Positions 1 to 21,224 of a stretch of 64,000 bases of DNA are shown here, in pieces; the first letter of the stretch is position 1, and the number at the start of each line of letters is the position of its first letter. Source of the DNA: Macrostomum lignano (taxonomy: Eukaryota). The notes beneath the pieces are model-generated. The model did no database searches and was not told the origin of the DNA. It saw only the letters and a list, made by a program, of their open reading frames with translations. Location of the stretch: positions 77,630-141,629 of the forward strand of contig NIVC01000863.1 in assembly GCA_002269645.1 (NCBI GenBank), read 5' to 3'. Position numbers and translations under genes: made by a program.

Positions 1-463
1 ATCTTTAACCCTATGTGCATATGTATACATGTTTCCTACTACAAAACATGATGTATACATAGGATGTAAGTTATAATCGGGTCTTTCTGGACAATAGTCA
101 TATTGAAGTTGAAACAAGAAATTTTTATGGATATCTCGTTTTCATGTCTTTAAAATTCATATTCCACTATAGTAATGCTATAAACAACATAGATGTACTA
201 TAATAAATAATTATAATAACATGTCATGGGCACCATACTATCCTTTTGTCATGAGTATTTAACAAATTGATAACTTAATAACATAGGAATTTTTATGTAC
301 ATTCAATTTTATTTCTAGTTTTTTATAATCGATTTAAAAATAAAAAATAGGTTCGCTACATGTTTTTATTTTTATTTAAAATTTGAAATTTCCTTTCATG
401 TTTACTTTTTTGAGCTTCTACAATCTAAAACTAATAGAGCAGTTTTCAGTGCTTGGATTTTAA

Positions 464-9287
<8,824 letters not shown>

Positions 9288-9397
9288 GCCCGCTTTTCGG
9301 CTGGCGAATTGATGATTGAAAATAGCCGAGTGCGACAGCTGATCGATGTCTCAATGGCTGTTTGCGATTTCATCTCATGATGGCTGTCTTAGTATCT

Positions 9398-9409
9398 GTC
9401 TGTCAGTCA

Positions 9410-9462
<53 letters not shown>
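9398..9462. repeat. (GTCT)n microsatellite in the presumed TMEM184B 3' UTR
   Basis: Read directly. Confidence 0.9.
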
Positions 9463-9464
<2 letters not shown>

Positions 9465-10049
9465 CAACAATAATAACAGGCCGTGAATAATAATTAGTAT
9501 TTGTGCTTGGATGAAATTTCCAACCCCGAACTTCCATCTGCATCGACATTACCGGTACACCTGTTACTGCAAATGACACAGGTAGAAATGTATGGCACAT
9601 TATGCAGTGTGGCTGCTGCAATATCATTATCTGTACTGATCACGATTATTACATATCAGAGTATTTTTGTTTCATTTAATATAGTTGTAAACTTAATATC
9701 TCTTAGGTTTGTATTACATTACATTTACGATGTGCACCGTTTATGCGAACTACTTAGGTTAAGTAAAAGTACATTTGTCAGTCTATCTAGTCTGTTTATG
9801 ACTCGTTCCCGAGTTTTAAAAGAGAACAATTTTAAACAACCTTCTGTTTTATTTTGCTTAATTTTTTAAACTCAATTCTATTTCGTTATTGGTGCAAGGC
9901 AAAAAATTATTGCTTAATTGTTGTGGCCAGTTTTGGTGTAACAAAATATTAATATGCGGCTAATTGATTTGTCTTACCAAGTGTTAATTAAAGTCGTGCA
10001 ATCATTACACCCAACTGACAGGTCTTAATATGGTGCTGTCTTGATTTTT

Positions 10050-10665
10050 TGTGCGGGGAATTGTTTACTGCTGAGTGTGGGGTGGGGGAAATTTTTTACT
10101 ACTGAGTGTGCAGGGAATTGTTTACTGCTGAGTGTGAGGGGAATTGTTTACTGCTGAGTGTGAGGGGAATTGTTTACTGCTGAGTGTGGGGGGGGGGGAA
10201 TTGTTTACTGCTGAGTGTGAGGGGAATTGTTTACTGCTGAGTGTGAGGGGGAACTGTTTACTGCTGAGTGTGGGGGGGGGAACTGTTTACTGCTGAGTGT
10301 GAGGGGAATTGTTTACTGCTGAGTGTGAGGGGGAACTGTTTACTGCTGAGTGTGGGGGGGAATTGATTACTGCTGAGTGTGAGGGGGGAACTCTACTGCT
10401 GAGTGTGAGGGGGAACTGTTTACTGCTGAGTGTGGGGGGGAATTGATTACTGCTGAGTGTGAGGGGGAATTGTTTACTGCTGGGTGTGAGGGGAATTGAT
10501 TACTGCTGAGTGTGAGGGGGAACTGTTTAATGCTGAGTGTGAGGGGGAATTGTTTACTGCTGAGAGTGAGGGGGAACTGTTTACTGCTGAGTGTGGGGGG
10601 GGGAATTGTTTACTGCTGAGAGTGAGGGGGAACTGTTTACTGCTGAGTGTGAGGGGAATTTTTTA
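10050..10665. repeat. 26-30-bp minisatellite (GTTTACTGCTGAGTGTGAGGGGAATT) with a variable G-run
   Basis: About 22 copies read directly; followed by an acceptor-like TTATTCTGGCAG ending at 10685. Confidence 0.9.
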
Positions 10666-10873
10666 ATGCTTAATTATTCTGGCAGATGCCGGAGATGAAG
10701 AAGCTCTGGATTCAGCAATCTGATTGGACCCGTCAGTCTTAGCCAATGGCGAGCCTACAAACGCATTTTACCGTATAAGAACTGTACCTTCATACCTCGG
10801 GAACTTCCTAAACTTGCTGTATGTGTCAGACGAATGCAAAATCTTTTCTAAAATTTCTTTTGAGTTCCTGGAA

Positions 10874-12094
10874 ATGCTTGCTCACCTGGCTACGCCGGGC
10901 GAGTGTCTGAGTCGCGAACTTCAGGCGTGGAATTTGAGCAACGGCGCCTCAACCGGCAATGTTGGCGGGTCTCCAAGCGAAGGTCAAGAGATAACAATCT
11001 ACCTGTGGATCACCTGCATTCTGGCCACTCTCAACGCTGTCACAAACGGATTCTCATTAATTGTATTCGTTCTCGATCGAAAAAATGTCAGCATGCGTCG
11101 GTTGCTGCTTCTGCTATCGCTGTCTGAGACTGTGCTCAACATCTGCATGTCGGTGAATCTTGGCGTCATGCTCAGCGTGGGAAAGGAGCGCGAATTTTCG
11201 AGTTTTCCCAACGCCATCACTGGATTGTTCTTCCTGTCCTTCATGCTGTTCAACGGGTACATCATGATCAGGAACTGGTGCCTCGTCATGATCGCTGGCA
11301 CCCGTTGCGAGGCGGTGCGCAACCCGCTGAGCACGAGAAGCGGTCAGACGTTTAGTCCGAGTCGAACCCTGCTAGGCTACATCGTGTTGAGCATAGTGAG
11401 TCTGGGGGTTTACACCCCGCGTCTGTTCGAGTTCACCTGGATAGTCTACCGGCTGCCGTGCAACTCTACCGCTGGGCTGAACGACTCTACTGCGGTTGAG
11501 TACCTGCTGACTACCAATTCGCACTACATCCTGGATGCTATCCCAGCCTACGGTTACTACAAGACCATGCTGCTGTTCCCGCTGCAGACCATCCTGCCCA
11601 TACTGCTCATCGCCGGCTTGAGCTTCCTCATCGTTGTCACTCTTCGGCGTCGTCGGGAGTTTCAACAGCCGCAGCCGCAGAGCAGCCAGGCAGCGGCCCG
11701 GGTGAGTCAGGACGCCGCCACAAAGACCGTCATGGTGCTGATGCTGGCCTTCATCATCTGCGAGCTGCCTACATTCGTGTTTTTCGTCCTGAATCGGACT
11801 GTGTTCCGAACTCTGTCTAATTACGCTGAAGTTCGAACGCACACCACCTTTATTGGCAACATCCTGGTGTGCTTGGACAGCTTCAGCAACTTCATCATCT
11901 ACAGCAGCACCAGCAACAGTTTCCGGGAAACCGTGCGAGTCATCTTCCGCTTGTCGGACGCTAAGAGGTCGAGGCGACAGCAAGATGGCATGCGAAACTA
12001 CATCGCTTTGAGGGCGTGTAGGGGCTCGGCGGTCAATGCGGCGGCTGCTGGGGGTGCGGGACCGGCAAACCCTGCAGAGGAAAATGCGCTCTGA
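10874..12094 (+). CDS. Intronless rhodopsin-like (class A) 7TM GPCR, FMRFamide/peptide-receptor-like orphan, about 406 aa from ATG 10874 (ORF open from 10724)
   Basis: Seven hydrophobic segments with class A-spaced motifs: TM1 TN, TM2 LSLSE, TM3 IAGTRCEAVRNP (DRY variant), TM4 PRLFE, TM5 LPILL, TM6 FIICELP, TM7 NILVCLDSFSNFIIY, helix 8 SFRETV. N-glycosylation sequons (NLS, NST, NDS). The start codon is uncertain. Confidence 0.9.
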   Translation: MLAHLATPGECLSRELQAWNLSNGASTGNVGGSPSEGQEITIYLWITCILATLNAVTNGFSLIVFVLDRKNVSMRRLLLLLSLSETVLNICMSVNLGVMLSVGKEREFSSFPNAITGLFFLSFMLFNGYIMIRNWCLVMIAGTRCEAVRNPLSTRSGQTFSPSRTLLGYIVLSIVSLGVYTPRLFEFTWIVYRLPCNSTAGLNDSTAVEYLLTTNSHYILDAIPAYGYYKTMLLFPLQTILPILLIAGLSFLIVVTLRRRREFQQPQPQSSQAAARVSQDAATKTVMVLMLAFIICELPTFVFFVLNRTVFRTLSNYAEVRTHTTFIGNILVCLDSFSNFIIYSSTSNSFRETVRVIFRLSDAKRSRRQQDGMRNYIALRACRGSAVNAAAAGGAGPANPAEENAL

Positions 12095-12139
12095 GATCCA
12101 CTGCCTGAAGTTGCAGTTCGGTTTGTTTGGTGACCTGAA

Positions 12140-12265
12140 AAGGGAGGGGCAGCAGGCACTGAGGGATCTGAGGGGAGGGGCAGCAGGCACTGAAGGATCT
12201 GAGGGGAGGGGCAGCAGGCACTGAAGGATCTGAGGGGAGAGGCAGCAGGCACTGAAGGATCTGAG
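12140..12265. repeat. 31-bp repeat (GAGGGGAGGGGCAGCAGGCACTGAAGGATCT) x4, just downstream of the GPCR stop
   Basis: Read directly. Confidence 0.85.
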
Positions 12266-12674
12266 GCAAGAAGCTGCATAAAAACATGATTTCACAGTCC
12301 TGTAAATAATAGTACGTTCAGCACTTCTGGTATGAAATGAAAAAGTCATTAACTACATAATTTTGTTTAAAAATGTCACTTGAAGCTGCGCTCGTGTGTT
12401 TATTTCAATTTTTAAGCTAATGGAATCAATAGATAGGACTTTGAATAATTACTCATGAATCTCAACCTAGTTCTCAACGATTTACCTTTATTTGTAAAAA
12501 ATTATTTTAAAAATTCAGTTTTTATTTTTACTGTGTCTTCTACGTCGTTTTCATCGAAAAATATCTTGAGTGCAGAAGCACTAAATAAAAAGTAAAAAAA
12601 ATATTTTGCTAAGCTCTCAAAAGAATATAAAATTTCTCATGGAGACAACTTTGTACTTGTTAAAAAAGATAGGT

Positions 12675-13478
<804 letters not shown>

Positions 13479-13844
13479 TAAATCCTTGAGATTAGGGACG
13501 TATTCGCCCAGCTAATTTGCATGCGCAGGGAAATGAAGTGGGGGATCAGGCAAGTTTATCAATGCACTCCGTCACTCGCATGCTCAAACATTGCTGGGCC
13601 TCACTTTTCCCCATTACTCGAGTCGAAGGCCGCATTATCAGCGACATCAATCAATCTGAGGACGCGAGCCTGCCGTGGCAACTGTCTGCTGTAACCGATT
13701 TTGTAATTTGATTCTGTTGCGAAGCGCGAATATCGACACAGAAAGAGGAAATTGGAGGAAAACGGAGGAGTTTCAAGATTTTGACGGGGCATCGACGTGA
13801 CGTGAAGTCTTCGACACCACAGAGAGTAAGAAAAGGATAGAGGC

Positions 13845-14090
13845 AGAGAAGAGGGAGGCAATGAGAGGGAGGTAGTGAAAGGGAGACAGTGAGAGGGAGA
13901 CAGTGAGAGGGAGGCAGAGAAGAGGGAGGCAGTGAGAGGGAGACAGTGAGAGGGAGACAGTGAGAGGGAGGCAGTGAGAGGGAGGCAGTGAGAGGGAGAC
14001 AGTGAGAGGGAGACAGTGAGAGGGAGACAGTGAGAGGAAGACAGTGAGAGGGAGGCAGTGAGAGGGAGACAGTGAGAGGGAGGCAGTGAG
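13845..14090. repeat. GA-rich ~14-bp repeat (GAGAGGGAGACAGT)n
   Basis: Read directly. Confidence 0.85.
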
Positions 14091-14477
14091 ATGGATAAAA
14101 ATTAAGGAAAAACGAAATTTCACGGAGACTGTCACAAATATCATTGGAGCTGGTTACACATTAAAAAATATATGCTGTAAAGCAGGGAGAATGTTTTGTG
14201 AACTCCAGTTCCGGGACAACCGCAGCAGATCACTCCCGAATTCACGACCATCAGGCTAGCCGCGCTAATACAAATTTTTCCTGTTCGTTTTCTCGGCCTG
14301 GTTCTAGGAGAGCCGATACAAGCGGATCATGAAGGCACAGCTAGGATTTTTATTGCCGTAACTCGATTTCGACGGATTAGGGATAGACAGTGTCAAATTA
14401 TATTCTGGCAGATCGTAAAAAATTATTAATCCTCGAATTTCATGCCAATAAGTGCAGCTGAACAAGTAATTCGGCCT

Positions 14478-15500
14478 CTCCATCCCGCCTCTCCATCCCG
14501 CCTCTCTATCCCGCCTCTCTATCCCGCCTCTCCATCCCGCCTCTCTATCTCGCCTCTCCATCTCGCCTCTCTATCTCGCCTCTCCATCTCGCCTCTCTAT
14601 CTCGCCTCTCTATCCCGCCTCTCTATCTCGCCTCTCTATCTCGCCTCTCTATCTCGCCTCTCTATCTCGCCTCTCTATCTCGCCTCTCTATCTCGCCTCT
14701 CTATCCCGCCTCTCTATCTCGCCTCTCTATCTCGCCTCTCTATCTCGCCTCTCTATCTCGCCTCTCTATCCCGCCTCTCTATCTCGCCTCTCTATCTCGC
14801 CTCTCTATCCCGCCTCTCTATCTCGCCTCTCTATCTCGCCTCTCTATCTCGCCTCTCTATCTCGCCTCTCTATCTCGCCTCTCTATCTCGCCTCTCTATC
14901 TCGCCTCTCTATCCCGCCTCTCTATCTCGCCTCTCTATCCGCCTCTCTATCTCGCCTCTCTATCTCGCCTCTCTATCTCGCCTCTCTATCTCGCCTCTCT
15001 ATCTCGCCTCTCTATCTCGCCTCTCTATCCCGCCTCTCTATCTCGCCTCTCTATCTCGCCTCTCTATCCCGCCTCTCTATCTCGCCTCTCTATCTCGCCT
15101 CTCTATCCCGCCTCTCTATCTCGCCTCTCTATCTCGCCTCTCTATCCCGCCTCTCTATCTCGCCTCTCTATCTCGCCTCTCTATCTCGCCTCTCTATCTC
15201 GCCTCTCTATCTCGCCTCTCTATCCCGCTTCTCTATCTCCCCCTCTAACTCTCCTCTCTTCTCCCTATATATCCCACCCCTTATCTCCCCCTCTATCTCC
15301 TTCTCTATCTCCCTCTCTTCTTCCACTCGATCTCCCCCTCTATCTCCCCACTCCAACCCTCTCTCTATCCCCTCTCTCTTCTCCCCTCTCTTCTCACCTC
15401 TCTATCTCCCTCTCTAACTCCCCTCTTCTCCCCTCTCTTCTCCTCTCTCTATTTCCCCTTTGTATCTCCCCTCTCCATTCCACTCTCTGTCTCCCCTTTA
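14478..15500. repeat. 13-bp CT-rich repeat (CTATCTCGCCTCT)n, degenerating to the right
   Basis: Read directly; the 13-aa periodicity of ORF 14442..15248 equals 3 x 13 bp. Confidence 0.92.
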
Positions 15501-16044
15501 TAGTGTGTTGTTTTATAAAAGAGTGTCAAAAAGACGCACTACCGTTAGGAGACTAATTATATCAATATTCGAGAATGACAGTGCATCGATTATGCCAACG
15601 CAGCAAAGTTATGTTTCCTTCAAGGCTGAGTTTTAATCGATCCATAATCTGTAATGAGCCACTGCCTTAATCCCGCGTCAATTTCAAAGTCATCAAAGAA
15701 AACGAGCAGGGCCTCTCAGACAGGTTTAGAGGCTCACGAGAAGGAAGTGGTTGGCTGCAGTTTTAATTGCATGCACTGCTATACCGCCTGAGGTAGGCGA
15801 GACGGTGACACTGAGACGCTCGGCTAACTTGCAATCGAGAAGTTGTTTAGCGGTTATATGATTGACGACTGCCTTCTGGCTGGGGACTCTGTGCTGGTGA
15901 AATAGTGCACTGGAGTAGAGAGTCTGCAGACTCATTCTGTAAGAAAGGAGCTCCGCATATATTACCTTTGCAAGGTGAAATACTGTATATGGGAGGGAGA
16001 CTTCCGATATAAGTTCATTTGATTACCTGTGCGGAGATACTAGA

Positions 16045-19000
16045 GAGAGACACTTGTGATTCTTGTTACACACTTGTGATTCACTTGTGATTCCTGTTAG
16101 ACACTTGTGATTTCTGTTACACACTTGCGATTCCTGTTAGACACTTGTGATTCTTTTTAGACACTTGCGATTCCTGATAGACACTTGTGATTCCTGTTAG
16201 ACACTTGTGATTCCGGTTAGAAACTTGTGATTGCGGTTAGACACCTGTGATTCCTGTTAGACACTTGTGATTCTTGTTAGACACTTGTGATTCTTGTTAG
16301 ACACTTGTGATTCTTGTTAGACACTTGTAATTCCTGTTAGACACTTGTGATTCCTGATAGACACTTGTGATTCACTTGTGATTCCTGTTAGACACTTGTG
16401 ATTTCTGTTAGACACTTGTGATTATTGTTAGACACTTGTGATTCTTGTTAGACACTTGAGATTCCTGTTAGACACTTGTGATTCTTGTTAGACACTTGTG
16501 ATTATTGTTAGACACTTGTGATTATTGTTAGACACTTGTGATTCTTGTTAGACACCTGTGATTCTTGTTAGACACTTGTGATTCTTGTTAGACACTTGTG
16601 ATTATTGTTAGACACTTGTGATTCTTGTTAGACACTTGAGATTCCTGTTAGACACTTGTGATTCTTGTTAGACACTTGTGATTCTTGTTAGACACTTGAG
16701 ATTCCTGTTAGACACTTGTGATTCTTGTTAGACACTTGTGATTCTTGTTAGACACTTGTGATTATTGTTAGACACTTGTGATTCCTGTTAGACACTTGTG
16801 ATTCTTGTTAGACACTTGTGATTTCGGTTAGACACCTGTGATTCTTGTTAGACACTTGTGATTCTTGTTAGACACTTGTGATTCTTGTTAGACACTTGTG
16901 ATTCTTGTTGGACACTTGTGATTCCGGTTAGACACTTGTGATTCCGGTTAGACACTTGTGATTCACTTGTGATTCCTGTTAGACACTTGTGATTTCTGTT
17001 AGACACTTGTGATTATTGTTAGACACTTGTGATTCCTGTTAGACACTTGTGATTCTTGTTAGACACTTGTGATTTCGGTTAGACACCTGTGATTCTTGTT
17101 AGACACTTGTGATTCTTGTTAGACACTTGTGATTCTTGTTAGACACTTGTGATTCTTGTTGGACACTTGTGATTCCGGTTAGACACTTGTGATTCCGGTT
17201 AGACACTTGTGATTCACTTGTGATTCCTGTTAGACACTTGTGATTTCTGTTAGACACTTGTGATTATTGTTAGACACTTGTGATTCCTGTTAGACACTTG
17301 TGATTCTTGTTAGACACTTGTGATTCCGGTTAGGCACTTCTGATTCCGGTTAGACACTTGTGATTCCGGTTAGACACTTGTGATTCCTGTTTGACAAATT
17401 TGATTTCTGTTAGACACGTGATTCCTGTTAGACACTTGTGATTCCGGTTAGACACTTGTGATTTCGGTTAGACACCTGTAATTCTTGTTAGACACTTGTG
17501 ATTCTTGTTGGACACTTGTGATTCCGGTTAGACACCTGTGATTCTTATTATACACTTGTGATTCCTGTTAGACACTTGTGATTCCGGTTAGACACTTGTG
17601 ATTGCGGTTAGACACCTGTGATTCCTGTTTGACAAATTTGATTTCTGTTAGACACGTGATTCCTGTTAGACACTTGTGATTTCTGTTAGACACTTGTGAT
17701 TCCTGTTAGACACTTTTGATTCCGGTTAGACACTTGTGATTCTTGTTAGACACTTGTGATTCTTGTTAGACACTTGTGATTCTTGTTAGACACTTGTGAT
17801 TCTTGTTAGACACTTGTGATTCCGGTTAGACACTTGTGATTATTGTTAGACACTTGTGATTCTTGTTAGGCACTTGTGATTCCGGTTAGACACTTGTGAT
17901 TCCTGTTTGACAAATTTGATTTCTGTTAGACACGTGATTCCTGTTAGACACTTGTGATTCCGGTTAGACACTTGTGATTTCGGTTAGACACCTGTAATTC
18001 TTGTTAGACACTTGTGATTCTTGTTGGACACTTGTGATTCCGGTTAGACACCTGTGATTCTTATTATACACTTGTGATTCCTGTTAGACACTTGTGATTC
18101 CGGTTAGACACTTGTGATTGCGGTTAGACACCTGTGATTCCTGTTTGACAAATTTGATTTCTGTTAGACACGTGATTCCTGTTAGACACTTGTGATTTCT
18201 GTTAGACACTTGTGATTCCTGTTAGACACTTTTGATTCCGGTTAGACACTTGTGATTCTTGTTAGACACTTGTGATTCTTGTTAGACACTTGTGATTCTT
18301 GTTAGACACTTGTGATTCTTGTTAGACACTTGTGATTCCGGTTAGACACTTGTGATTATTGTTAGACACTTGTGATTCTTGTTAGGCACTTGTGATTCCG
18401 GTTAGACACTTGTGATTCCGGTTAGACACCTGTGATTCTTGTTGGACACTTGTGATTCCGGTTAAACACTTGTGATTCCCGTTAGACACCTGTGATTCTT
18501 GTTGGACACTTGTGATTCCGGTTAGACACTTGTGATTCCCGTTAGACACCTGTGATTCTTGTTAGACACTTGTGATTCCGGTTAGACACTTGTGATTCCC
18601 GTTAGACACCTGTGATTCCGGTTAGACACTTGTGATTCCGGTTAGACACATGTGATTTCCGTTAGACACTTGTGATTCTTGTTGGACACTTGTGATTCCG
18701 GTTAGACACTTGTGATTCCGGTTAGACACCTGTGATTCTTGTTAGACACTTGTGATTCTTGGTTAGAAACTTGCAATTCCCGTTAGACACTTGTGATTCC
18801 TGTTAGACACTTGTGATTCCGGTTAGACACTTGTGATTCCGGTTAGACACTTGTGATTCCCGTTAGACACCTGTGATTCCGGTTAGACACTTGTGATTCC
18901 GGTTAGACACTTGTGATTCCCGTTAGACACCTGTGATTCCGGTTAGACACTTGTGATTCCCGTTAGACACTTGTGATTCCGGTTAGACACATGTGATTTC

Positions 19001-19138
19001 CGTTAGACACTTGTGATTATTGTTAGACACGTGTGATTATTGTTAGACACTTGTGATTCTTGTTGGACACTTGTGATTCTTGTTAGACAATTGCGATTCT
19101 TGGTTAGAAACTTGCAATTCCCGTTAGACACTTGTGAT
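16045..19138. repeat. 20-bp minisatellite (GACACTTGTGATTCTTGTTA)n, about 155 copies, with higher-order structure
   Basis: Read directly; the marker TTGACAAATTT occurs at 17391, 17629, 17907 and 18145. Confidence 0.97.
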
Positions 19139-19759
19139 TCCATTTAAAAACATCAGTGATAAAAGGAAAGCATGTACTTTAGTAAGAAGACTTCCAGCCG
19201 AAGACAAGTGTCCTGTCTCGACACCATCAGAGTGCGCCTTGTCATCACAAGAAGCTGAAAAAGTAACGAAAACGAAGAGACCTAATCACGAAAATAGACG
19301 GCCACTCAGAAAGTGTGGTGCATGGCCTGCGGGGGATGAGGTCTGGGATTTTACTTTCAGCTCAGTCCAAGTCCGCAACCGACACTCTTGAACCAAATTG
19401 TCTCCGGACCACTTCGGAAATCTCAACTCTCCCGATCCTTAATATAACTGCTGTCTATTTCTACTCGTATCTATCGTCTGGTCTTGATAAGGAAAACACG
19501 CAGAGAAAGTGACAGAGTATTGCTGTGATAAACTGCTATTCCCTGACACAGTCTTTTATCTTTAGTGGTCCCGAATAGCCCACCAAACTGAAGGAAGAAC
19601 ACAAGAAATTGAAACTATACGAAACGTAAATACAAGCCTGCATTACCGAAACTAGGGAAAATGTCTCACATTCTCTTTGTACAGTAGCTTTTAGAGTGTT
19701 GGGCGTAGGATTAAGAAAGGGATAAAAAGGCCGGGGAGACGGAGTGTGAAGACAGAGGG

Positions 19760-20755
19760 AAGTCAGAGAGGGGAGTCAGAGAGGGGCGATAGAAAGGGAA
19801 AAAAGGAGTGGAGTCAGAGAGGAGAGAAGGAGAGATGAGATTAATAGGGGAGATGAAGAGAGGACATAGAGAGGAGATAGAGGGGTAAGACAGAGAAGCA
19901 AGTCAGAGAGAGGAGATGGAGAGAGGAGATAGAGAGAGGAGATAAAGAGGGGAGAGTAAGAGAAAGAAAAAAGGGGAGATGGAGAGGGGGATAGAGAGGG
20001 AGATAGAGAGGGGATATGGAGAGGGGATGAAGAGGGAGTAGAGAAAGGCGATAGACAGGGGAGATGGAGATAGAGAGGGGGATAGAGAGGGGGATAGAGA
20101 GGGAGATAGAGAGGGGGATAGAGAGGGGATAGAGAGGGAGATAGAGAGGGGGATAAAAAGGGGATAAAGAGGGAGACATAGAGGGGGATAGAGAGGGAGA
20201 TAGAGAGGGGATATGGGGAGGGGATAAAGAGGGGAGTAGAGAAAGGCGATAGACAGGGGAGATGGAGATAGAGAGGGGGATAGAGAGGGGATAGAGAGGG
20301 AGATAGAGAGGGGGATAAAAAGGGGGATAAAGAGGGAGACATAGAGGGGGATAGAGAGGGATAGAGAGGGGGATTGAGAGGGATAGAGAGGGGGATTGAG
20401 AGGGGGATAGAGAGGGGGATTGAGAGGGGTATAGAGAGGGGATAGAGAGGGGGATAGAGAGGGGGATTGAGAGGGGGATAGAGAGGGGGATAGAGAGGGG
20501 GATTGAGAGGGGATAGAGAGGGGGATTGAGAGGGGGATAGAGAGGGGATTGAGAGGGGGATAGAGAGGGGGATTGAGAGGGGGATAGAGAGGGGGATTGA
20601 GAGGGGGATAGAGAGGGGGATTGAGAGGGGGATAGAGAGGGGGATTGAGAGGGGGATAGAGAGGGGGATTGAGAGGGGGATAGAGAGGGGGATTGAGAGG
20701 GGGATAGAGAGGGGGATTGAGAGGGGGATAGAGAGGGGGATGAAGGGGAGATGGG
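19760..20755. repeat. GA-rich 12-bp repeat (GAGAGGGGGATA / GAGAGGGAGATA / GAGAGGGGGATT)n
   Basis: Read directly. Confidence 0.92.
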
Positions 20756-21224
20756 GATCATTCACTTCAATCGGTGTCCAGAAATCTTATTTTATTCTCC
20801 TTCATCGGCAGATGTCAGTTGAAGAAACGAAAACTGCCTCTAGAAACGTGTCGATGCAACAAATTTCTGAGCTCTCGTCTCCACATTCCCTCACACATCT
20901 CTCAGCGACTCAGAACTCTATAGAATGACTATTTTTATTCACTGTGTTGTTCTGCCTTCAACATCTGCGCACCACAGTGTGTTTCTTCGGTTCCTTTCGA
21001 GACAAAATCTCATTAGCCTGGCCAGGACTCCGGTGAGCTGCCGGTCTGCATCATTTAGCTCAGAACCTGCTGGGCCGATCTCTGCCTGATGCACCATCTG
21101 CTTTGATGTTCTCTCCAGTCTCCCCATCTCCTCACCCTCAGCTTTTTTCTAATAGCATAAACCCTACTGCTGACCGCTGACTGGGATGAATTCAATATGA
21201 TGCTCTATCAACCATAAACAACCG

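Noticed and set aside
16045-19138. Possible CRISPR arrays (this array, 4205-6390 and 57195-58650)
   Set aside because: No unique spacers, no cas genes, eukaryotic context
20939-21127. 62-aa minus-strand ORF faintly recalling a syntaxin-6-like SNARE C-terminus (ELNDADRQLTGVLARL..TLWC)
   Set aside because: No transmembrane tail, no supporting splice sites or additional exons; the resemblance is too weak without a database search
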